Assembly (NCBI GenBank): GCA_964016885.1
Contig: OZ024746.1
Location: 50,468,001-50,532,000 of the forward strand
Direction: 5' to 3'
DNA length: 64,000 bases
Origin: Eledone cirrhosa
Taxonomy: Eukaryota
The position numbers were made by a program, and so were the translations under genes. The notes under the pieces are model-generated. The model worked only from the letters and a program-made list of their open reading frames with translations. It did no database searches and was not told the origin of the DNA. Below are positions 1 through 11,000 of this stretch, one piece after another; position 1 is the first letter of the stretch; each line of letters begins with the position of its first letter.

Positions 1-3000
1 AAAATTTTGCGTGTCGAAACACGATGTATAAACGCATTTTTTTAAAAAAAAACATTTTTTCTAAATACTGTGTAAAATGATCAATTTGTGAAAAACCGAA
101 CATTTTTTCTAAATATTGTGTAAAGTGATCGATTTGTGAAAAACCCAAAAAAATCAATTTCAGAAGTAAATATTTCGAAATGTATAAAAAAATTGATTAT
201 TTTAGGTTTTTCACAAATTGATCATTTTACACAGTATTTCGAAAAATTGTTTTTTTTCAAAAAAGTGATTTTTTTTCGATTTCGAAAATTGATATGTATT
301 TTGTATTTTTCAATAATTTTTCAGTGTCGAAACACGATAAAAAACATTTTTTCTAAAAATGATCAATTTGTGAAAAACTGAAAAAAATCAATTTTAGAAA
401 TCAGAAGTAAATATTTCGAAATGTATAAAAAAATTGATTATTTTAGGTTTTTCACAAATTAATCATTTTACACAGTATTTCGAAAAATTGTTTTTATTCA
501 GAAAAGATTGAATTTTTATCTTTCTGATTTCAAAAATTGATATATATTTTGTATTTTTCAAAAATTTTTCAACGTGTCGAAACAATGTAAAAACGCATAT
601 TTTTGAAAAAAAACATTTTTTCCAAATACTGTGTAAAATGATCAATTTGTGAAAAACCGAAAAAAATCAATTTTAGAAATCAGAAGTAAATATTTTGAAA
701 TGTATAAAAAAATTGATTATTTTAGGTTTTTCACAGATCGATCATTTTACACAGTATTTCGAAAAATTGTTTTTTTTTCAAAAAAGTGATCTTTTTTCGA
801 TTTCGAAAATTGATATGTATTTTGTAAAATTGTTTTTTTTCAGAAAAGATTGATTTTTTTCTTTCGAAATATATACTTTCTGATTTCGAAAATTGATATA
901 TATTTTGTATTTTTCAAAGATTTTTCAACGTGTCGAAACACGATGAATAAACGCATTATTTTGAAAAAAAACATTTTTTCCAAATATTGTGTAAAGTGAT
1001 CAATTTGTGAAAAACCTAAAAATATCAATTTTAGATACCAGAAGTAAATATTTCGAAATGTATAAAAAAATTGATTATTTTAGGTTTTTCACAAATTGAT
1101 CATTTTACACAGTATTTCGAAAAATTGTTTTTTTTCAAAAAAGTCATTTTTTTTCGATTTCGAAAATTGATATGTATTTTGTATTTTTCAAAAATTTTTC
1201 AACGTGTCGAAACACAACGTATAAACGCATTTTAAAAAAAAAAAACATTTTTACTAAATATTGTGTAAAGGTGAAAAACCTAAAAAAATCAATTTTAGAT
1301 ATCAGAAGTAAATATTTCGAAATGTATAAAAAAATTGATTATTTTAGGTTTTTCACAAATTGATCATTTTACACAGTATTTCTAAAAATTGTTTTTTTTC
1401 AAAAAATTTTGATTTTTTTTCGATTTCGAAAATCGATATATATTTTGAATTTTTCAAAAATTTTTCAACGTGTCGAAACACGATGAATAAACGCATTATT
1501 TTGAAAAAAAACATTTTTTCCAAATATTGTGTAAAGTGATCAATTTGTGAAAAACCTAAAAATATCAATTTTAGATACCAGAAGTAAATATTTCGAAATG
1601 TATAAAAAAATTGATTATTTTAGGTTTTTCACAAATTGATCATTTTACACAGTATTTCGAAAAATTGTTTTTTTTCAAAAAAGTGATTTTTTTTCGATTT
1701 CGAAAATTGATATGTATTTTGTATTTTTCAAAAATTTTTCAACGTGTCGAAACACAACGTATAAACGCATTTTTTTTAAAAAAAACATTTTTTCTAAATA
1801 TTGTGTAAAGGTGAAAAACCTAAAAAAATCAATTTTAGATATCAGAAGTAAATATTTCGAAATGTATAAAAAAATTGATTATTTTAGGTTTTTCACAAAT
1901 TCATCATTTTACACAGTATTTCGAAAAATTGTTTTTTTTCAAAAAAGTTTGATTTTTTTTCGATTTCGAAAATTGATATATATTTTGTATTTTTCAAAAA
2001 TTTTTCAGCGTGCCGAAACACAATGTAAAAACGCATATTTTTGAAAAAAAACATTTTTTCCAAATACTGTGTAAAATGATCAATTTGTGAAAAACCGATT
2101 TCGAAAATTGATATATATTTTGTATTTTTCAAAAATTTTGCGTGTCGAAACACGATGTATAAACGCATTTTTTTAAAAAAAAACATTTTTTCTAAATACT
2201 GTGTAAAATGATCAATTTGTGAAAAACCGAACATTTTTTCTAAATATTGTGTAAAGTGATCGATTTGTGAAAAACCCAAAAAAATCAATTTCAGAAGTAA
2301 ATATTTCGAAATGTATAAAAAAATTGATTATTTTAGGTTTTTCACAAATTGATCATTTTACACAGTATTTCGAAAAATTGTTTTTTTTCAAAAAAGTGAT
2401 TTTTTTTCGATTTCGAAAATTGATATGTATTTTGTATTTTTCAATAATTTTTCAGTGTCGAAACACGATAAAAAACATTTTTTCTAAAAATGATCAATTT
2501 GTGAAAAACTGAAAAAAATCAATTTTAGAAATCAGAAGTAAATATTTCGAAATGTATAAAAAAATTGATTATTTTAGGTTTTTCACAAATTAATCATTTT
2601 ACACAGTATTTCGAAAAATTGTTTTTATTCAGAAAAGATTGAATTTTTATCTTTCTGATTTCAAAAATTGATATATATTTTGTATTTTTCAAAAATTTTT
2701 CAACGTGTCGAAACAATGTAAAAACGCATATTTTTGAAAAAAAACATTTTTTCCAAATACTGTGTAAAATGATCAATTTGTGAAAAACCGAAAAAAATCA
2801 ATTTTAGAAATCAGAAGTAAATATTTTGAAATGTATAAAAAAATTGATTATTTTAGGTTTTTCACAGATCGATCATTTTACACAGTATTTCGAAAAATTG
2901 TTTTTTTTTCAAAAAAGTGATCTTTTTTCGATTTCGAAAATTGATATGTATTTTGTAAAATTGTTTTTTTTCAGAAAAGATTGATTTTTTTCTTTCGAAA

Positions 3001-3274
3001 TATATACTTTCTGATTTCGAAAATTGATATATATTTTGTATTTTTCAAAGATTTTTCAACGTGTCGAAACACGATGAATAAACGCATTATTTTGAAAAAA
3101 AACATTTTTTCCAAATATTGTGTAAAGTGATCAATTTGTGAAAAACCTAAAAATATCAATTTTAGATACCAGAAGTAAATATTTCGAAATGTATAAAAAA
3201 ATTGATTATTTTAGGTTTTTCACAAATTGATCATTTTACACAGTATTTCGAAAAATTGTTTTTTTTCAAAAAAG
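1..3274 (+). repeat. 2131-bp period duplication: 1-~1143 is repeated at 2132-~3274
   Basis: Identical ORFs at 136/2267, 463/2594 and 840/2971. Shared rare junctions GAAAAACCGAACATTTTTTC, AATCAATTTCAGAAG and CACAGATCGATC. Confidence 0.9.
1039..1302 (+). repeat. 264-bp monomer class, example (right arm shortened to TGTGTAAAGGTGAAAAACC; carries CAACGTATAAAC)
   Basis: Anchor distance 1039 to 1303. The right arm lacks its TGATCAATTT segment. The class recurs throughout the window. Confidence 0.88.
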
Positions 3275-5049
3275 TTTGATTTTTTTTCGATTTCGAAAAT
3301 TGATATATATTTTGTATTTTTCAAAAATTTTTCAACGTGTCGAAACACAATGTATAAACGCATTTTTTTGAAAAAAAACATTTTTTCCAAATACTGTGTA
3401 AAATGATCAATTTGTGAAAAACCGAAAAAAATCAATTTTAGAAATCAGAAGTAAATATTTCTAAATGTATAAAAAATTGATTATTTTAGGTTTTTCACAA
3501 ATTGATCATTTTACACAGTATTTCGAAAAATTGTTTTTTTTCAGAAAAGTTTGATTTATTTTCGATTTCGAAAATTGATATATATTATGTATTTTTCAAA
3601 AATTTTTCAACGTGTCGAAACACGATGTATAAACGCATTATTTTGAAAAAAACATTTTTTCCAAATACTGTGTAAAATGATCAATTAGTGAAAAACCGAA
3701 AAAAATCAATTTTAGATACCAGAAGTAAATATTTCGAAATGTATAAAAAAATTGATTATTTTAGGTTTTTCACAAATTGACCATTTTACACAGTATTTCG
3801 AAAAATTGTTTTTTTTCAAAAAAGTGATTTTTTTTCGATTTCGAAAATTGATATGTATTTTGTATTTTTCAAAAATTTTTCAACGTGTCGAAACACAACG
3901 TATAAACGCATTTTTTTAAAAAATAACATTTTTTCTAAATATTGTGTAAAGGTGAAAAACCTAAAAAAATCAATTTTAGATATCAGAAGTAAATATTTCG
4001 AAATGTATAAAAAAATTGATTATTTTAGGTTTCTCACAAATTGATCATTTTACACAGTATTTCGAAAAATTGTTTTTTTTCAAAAAAGTTTGATTTTTTT
4101 TTCGATTTCGAAAATTGATATATATTTTGTATTTTTCAAAACTTTTTCAACGTGTCGAAACAATGTAAAAACGCATATTTTTGAAAAAAAACATTTTTTC
4201 CAAATATTGTGTAAAGTGATCAATTTGTGAAAAACCTAAAAATATCAATTTTAGATAGCAGAACTAAATATTTCGAAATGTATAAAAAAATTGATTATTT
4301 TAGGTTTTTCACAAATTGATCATTTTACACAGTATTTCGAAAAATTGTTTTTTTTCAGAAAAGATTGATTTTTTTTCTTTCGAAATATATACTTTCTGAT
4401 TTCGAAAATTGATATATATTTTGTATTTTTCAAAAATTTTTCAACGTGTCGAAACACAATGTAAAAACGCATATTTTTGAAAAAAAACATTTTTTCCAAA
4501 TATTGTGTAATGTGATCGATTTGTGAAAAACCCAAAAAAATCAATTTTAGATATCAGAAGTAAATATTTCGAAATGTATAAAAAAATTGATTATTTTAGG
4601 TTTTTCAGAAATTGATCATTTTACACAGTATTTCGAAAAATTGTTTTTTTTCAGAAAAGTTTGATTTATTTTCGATTTAGAAAATTGATATATATTTTGC
4701 ATTTTTCAAAAATTTTTCAACGTGTCGAAACACAATGTATAAACGCATTTTTTTAAAAAAAAACATTTTTTCTAAATATTGTGTAATGTGATCGATTTGT
4801 GAAAAACCCAAAAAAATCAATTTTAGATATCAGAAGTAAATATTTCGAAATGTATAAAAAAATTGATTATTTTAGGTTTTTCACAAATTGATCATTTTAC
4901 ACAGTATTTCGAAAAATTGTTTTTTTTCAAAAAAGTGATTTTTTTTCGATTTCGAAAATTGATATGTATTTTGTATTTTTCAATAATTTTTCAACGTGTC
5001 GAAACACGATGTATAAACGCATTTTTTTGAAAAAAAACATTTTTTCCAA

Positions 5050-8000
5050 ATACTGTGTAAAATGATCAATTTGTGAAAAACCGAAAAAAATCAATTTTAG
5101 AAATCAGAAGTAAATATTTTGAAATGTATAAAAATATTGATTATTTTAGGTTTTGATCATTTTACACAGTATTTCGAAAAATTGTTTTTTTCAAAAAAGA
5201 TTGATTTTTTTTCTTTCGAAATATATACTTTCTGATATCGAAAATTGATATACATTTTGTATTTTTCAAAAATTTTTCAACGTGTCGAAACACGATGAAT
5301 AAACGCATTATTTTGAAAAAAAACATTTTTTCCAAATATTATGTAAAGTGATCAATTTGTGAAAAACCTAAAAATATCAATTTTAGATACCAGAACTAAA
5401 TATTTCGAAATGTATAAAAAAATTGATTATTTTAGGTTTTTCACAAATTGATCATTTTACACAGTATTTCGAAAAATTGTTTTTTTTCAAAAAAGTGATC
5501 TTTTTTCGATTTCGAAAATTGATATGTATTTTGTAAAATTGTTTTTTTTCAGAAAAGATTGATTTTTATCTTTCGAAATATATACTTTCTGATTTCGAAA
5601 ATTGATATATATTTTGTATTTTTCAAAAATTTTTCAACGTGTCGAAACACAATGTAAAAACGCATATTTTTGAAAAAAAACATTTTTTCCAAATATTGTG
5701 TAAAGTGATCAATTTGTGAAAAACCTAAAAATATAAATGTTAGATACCAGAACTAAATATTTCGAAATGTATAAAAAAATTGATTATTTTAGGTTTTTCA
5801 CAAATTGATCATTTTACACAGTATTTCGAAAAATTGTTTTTTTTCAGAAAAGATTGATTTTTTTTCTTTCGAAATATATACTTTCTGATTTCAAAAATTA
5901 ATATATATTTTGTATTTTTCAAAAATTTTTCAACGTGTCGAAACACAATCCATAAACGCATTTTTTAAAAAAAAACATTTTTTCTAAATACTTTGTAAAA
6001 TGATCGATTTGTGAAAAACCCCAAAAAATCAATTTTAGATATCAGAAGTAAATATTTCGAAATGTATAAAAAAATTGATTATTTTAGGTTTTTCACAAAT
6101 TGATCATTTTACACAGTATTTCGAAAAATTGTTTTTTTTCAAAAAAGTTTGATTTTTTTTCGATTACGAAAATTGATATATATTTTGTATTTTTCAAAAA
6201 TTTTTCAACGTGTCGAAACACAATGTATAAACGCATTATTTTGAAAAAAAACATTTTTTCCAAATATTGTGTAAAGTGATCAATTTGTGAAAAACCTAAA
6301 AATATCAATTTTAGATACCAGAAGTAAATATTTCGAAATGTATAAAAAAATTGATTATTTTAGGTTTTTCACAAATTGATCATTTTACGCAGTATTTCGA
6401 AAAATTGTTTTTTTCAAAAAAGATTGATTTTTTTTCTTTCGAAATATATACTTTCTGATATCGAAAATTGATATATATTTTGTATTTTTCAAAAATTTTT
6501 CAACGTGTCGAAACACGATGAATAAACGCATTATTTTGAAAAAAAACATTTTTTCCAAATATTGTGCAAAGTGATCAATTTGTGAAAAACCTAAAAATAT
6601 CAATTTTAGATACCAGAAGTAAATATTTCGAAATGTATAAAAAAATTGATTATTTTAGGTTTTTCACAAATTGATCATTTTACACAGTATTTCGAAAAAT
6701 TGTTTTTTTTCAAAAAAGTCATTTTTTTTCGATTTCGAAAATTGATATGTATTTTGTATTTTTCAAAAATTTTTCAACGTGTCGAAACACAACGTATAAA
6801 CGCATTTTTTAAAAAAAAAACATTTTTACTAAATATTGTGTAAAGGTGAAAAACCTAAAAAAATCAATTTTAGATATCAGAAGTAAATATTTCGAAATGT
6901 ATAAAAAAATTGATTATTTTAGGTTTTTCACAAATTCATCATTTTACACAGTATTTCGAAAAATTGTTTTTTTTCAAAAAAGTTTGATTTTTTTTCGATT
7001 TCGAAAATTGATATATATTTTGTATTTTTCAAAAATTTTTCAACGTGTCGAAACAATGTATAAACGCATTTTTTTAAAAAAAAACATTTTTTCTAAATAC
7101 TGTGTAAAATGATCAATTTGTGAAAAACCGAAAAAAATCAATTTTAGAAATCAGAAGTAAATATTTCGAAATGTATAAAAAATTGATTATTTTAGGTTTT
7201 TCACAAATTGATCATTTTACACAGTATTTCGAAAAATTGTTTTTTTTTCAGAAAAGTTTGATTATTTTCGATTTAGAAAATTGATATATATTTTGTATTT
7301 TTCAAAAGTTTTTCAACGTGTCGAAACACAATGTATAAACGCATTTTTTTAAAAAAAAACATTTTTTCTAAATATTGTGTAAAGTGATCGATTTGTGAAA
7401 AACCCAAAAAAATCAATTTTAGATATCAGAAGTAAATATTTCGAAATGTATAAAAAAATTGATTATTTTAGGTTTTTCACAAATTGATCATTTTACACAG
7501 TATTTCGAAAAATTGTTTTTTTTCAAAAAAGTGATTTTTTTTCGATTTCGAAAATCGATATGTATTTTGTATTTTTCAAAAATTTTTCAACGTGTCGAAA
7601 CACAACATATAAACGCATTTTTTAAAAAAAAAACATTTTTTAAAAAAAAAACATTTTTTCTAAATATTGTGTAAAGGTGAAAAACCTAAAAAAATCAATT
7701 TTAGATATCAGAAGTAAATATTTCGAAATGTATAAAAAAATTGATTATTTTAGGTTTTTCACAAATTGATCATTTTACACAGTATTTCGAAAAATTGTTT
7801 TTTTTCAAAAAAGTTTGATTATTTTAGGTTTTTCACAAATTGATCATTTTACACAGTATTTCGAAAAATTGTTTTTTTTCAAAAAAGTGATTTTTTTTCG
7901 ATTTCGAAAATTGATATGTATTTTGTATTTTTCAATAATTTTTCAAAGTGTCGAAACACGATAAAAAACATTTTTTCTAAAAATGATCAATTTGTGAAAA

Positions 8001-11000
8001 ACCGAAAAAAATCAATTTTAGAAATCAGAAGTAAATATTTCGAAATGTATAAAAAAATTGATTATTTTAGGTTTTTCACAAATTGATCATTTTACACAGT
8101 ATTTCGAAAAATTGTTTTTATTCAGAAAAGATTGAATTTTTATATTTCTGATTTCGAAAATTGATATATATTTTTTATTTTTCAAAAATTTTTCAACGTG
8201 TCGAAACACAATGTATAAACGCATTTTTTGGAAAAAAAACATTTTTTCCAAATACTGTGTAAAATGATCAATTTGTGAAAAACCGAAAAAAATCAATTTT
8301 AGAAATCAGAAGTAAATATTTCTAAATGTATAAAAAATTGATTATTTTAGGTTTTTCACAAATTGATCATTTTACACAGTATTTCGAAAAATTGTTTTTT
8401 TTCAGAAAAGATTGATTTTTTTCTTTCGAAATATATACTTTCTGATTTCGAAAATTGATATATATTTTGTATTTTTCAAAAATTTTTCAACGTGTCGAAA
8501 CACAATGTATAAACGCATTATTTTGAAAAAAAACATTTTTTCCAAATATTGTGTAAAGTGATCAATTTGTGAAAAACCTAAAAATATCAATTTTAGATAC
8601 CAGAACTAAATATTTCGAAATGTATAAAAAAATTGATTATTTTAGGTTTTTCACAAATTGATCATTTTACACAGTATTTCGAAAAATTGTTTTTTTTCAG
8701 AAAAGATTGATTTTTTTTCTTTCGAAATATATACTTTCTGATTTCAAAAATTGATATATATTTTGTATTTTTCAAAAATTTTTCAACGTGTCGAAACAAA
8801 ATGCATAAACGCATTTTTTTTAAAAAAAACATTTTTTCTAAATACTTTGTAAAATGATCGATTTGTGAAAAACCCCAAAAAATAAATTTTAGATATCAGA
8901 AGTAAATATTTCGATGAATAAACGCATTTTTTTAAAAAAAAACATTTCATCCAAAAAGTGATCAATTTATGAAAAACCTAAAAATATCAATTTTAGAAAT
9001 CAGAAGTAAATATTTCGAAAAGTATAAAAAAATTGATTATTTTAGGTTTTTCACAAAATGATCAATTTGTGCAAAACCAAAAAAAATCAATTTTAGATAT
9101 CAGAAGTAAATATTTCGAAATGTATAAAAAAATTGATTATTTTAGGTTTTTCACAAATTGATCATTTTACACAGTATTTCGAAAAATTGTTTTTTTTCAA
9201 AAAAGTTTGATTTTTTTTCGATTTCGAAAATTGATATATATTTTGTATTTTTCAAAAATTTTTCAACGTGCCGAAACACAATGTAAAAACGCATATTTTT
9301 GAAAAAAAACATTTTTTCCAAATACTGTGTAAAATGATCAATTTGTGAAAAACCGATTTCGAAAATTGATATATATTTTGTATTTTTCAAAAATTTTGCG
9401 TGTCGAAACACGATGTATAAACGCATTTTTTAAAAAAAAAAACATTTTTTCTAAAAATGATCAATTTGTGAAAAACCGAAAAAAATCAATTTTAGAAATC
9501 AGAAGTAAATATTTCGAAATGTATAAAAAAATTGATTATTTTAGGTTTTTCACAAATTGATTATTTTACACAGTATTTCGAAAAATTGTTTTTTTTCAGA
9601 AAAGATTGATTTTTTTCTTTCGAAATATATACTTTCTGATTTCGAAAATTGATATATATTTTGTATTTTTCAAAAATTTTTCAACGTGTCGAAACACAAT
9701 GTATAAACGCATTATTTTGAAAAAAAACATTTTTTCCAAATATTGTGTAAAGTGATCAATTTGTGAAAAACCTAAAAATATCAATTTTAGATACCAGAAG
9801 TAAATATTTCGAAATGTATAAAAAAATTGATTATTTTAGGTTTTTCACAAATTGATCATTTTACGCAGTATTTCGAAAAATTGTTTTTTTTCAAAAAAGT
9901 TTGATTTTTTTTCGATTTCGAAAATTGATATATATTCTGTATTTTTCAAAAATTTTTCAACGTGTCGAAACACAATGTAAAAACGCATATTTTTGAAAAA
10001 AAACATTTTTTCCAAATACTGTGTAAAATGATCAATTTGTGAAAAACCGAAAAAAATCAATTTTAGAAATCAGAAGTAAATATTTTGAAATGTATAAAAA
10101 TATTGATTATTTTAGGTTTTTCACAAATTGATCATTTTACACAGTATTTCGAAAAATTGTTTTTTTCAAAAAAGATTGATTTTTTTTCTTTCGAAATATA
10201 TACTTTCTGATATCGAAAATTGATATATATTTTGTATTTTTCAAAAATTTTTCAACGTGTCGAAACACGATGAATAAACGCATTATTTTGAAAAAAAACA
10301 TTTTTTCCAAATATTATGTAAAGTGATCAATTTGTGAAAAACCTAAAAATATCAATTTTAGATACCAGAACTAAATATTTCGAAATGTATAAAAAAATTG
10401 ATTATTTTAGGTTTTTCACAAATTGATCATTTTACACAGTATTTCGAAAAATTGTTTTTTTTCAGAAAAGATTGATTTTTTTTCTTTCGAAATATATACT
10501 TTCTGATTTCAAAAATTGATATATATTTTGTATTTTTCAAAAATTTTTCAACGTGTCGAAACACAATGCATAAACGCATTTTTTAAAAAAAAACATTTTT
10601 TCTAAATACTTTGTAAAATGATCGATTTGTGAAAAACCCCAAAAAATAAATTTTAGATATCAGAAGTAAATATTTCGATGAATAAACGCATTTTTTTGAA
10701 AAAAAACATTTCATCCAAAAAGTGATCAATTTATGAAAAACCTAAAAATATCAATTTTAGAAATCAGAAGTAAATATTTCGAAAAGTATAAAAAAATTGA
10801 TTATTTTAGGTTTTTCACAAAATGATCAATTTGTGCAAAACCGAAAAAAATCAATTTTAGATATCAGAAGTAAATATTTCGAAATGTATAAAAAAATTGA
10901 TTATTTTAGGTTTTTCACAAATTGATCATTTTACACAGTATTTCGAAAAACTGTTTTTTTTCAAAAAAGTTTGATTTTTTTCGATTTCGAAAATTGATAT

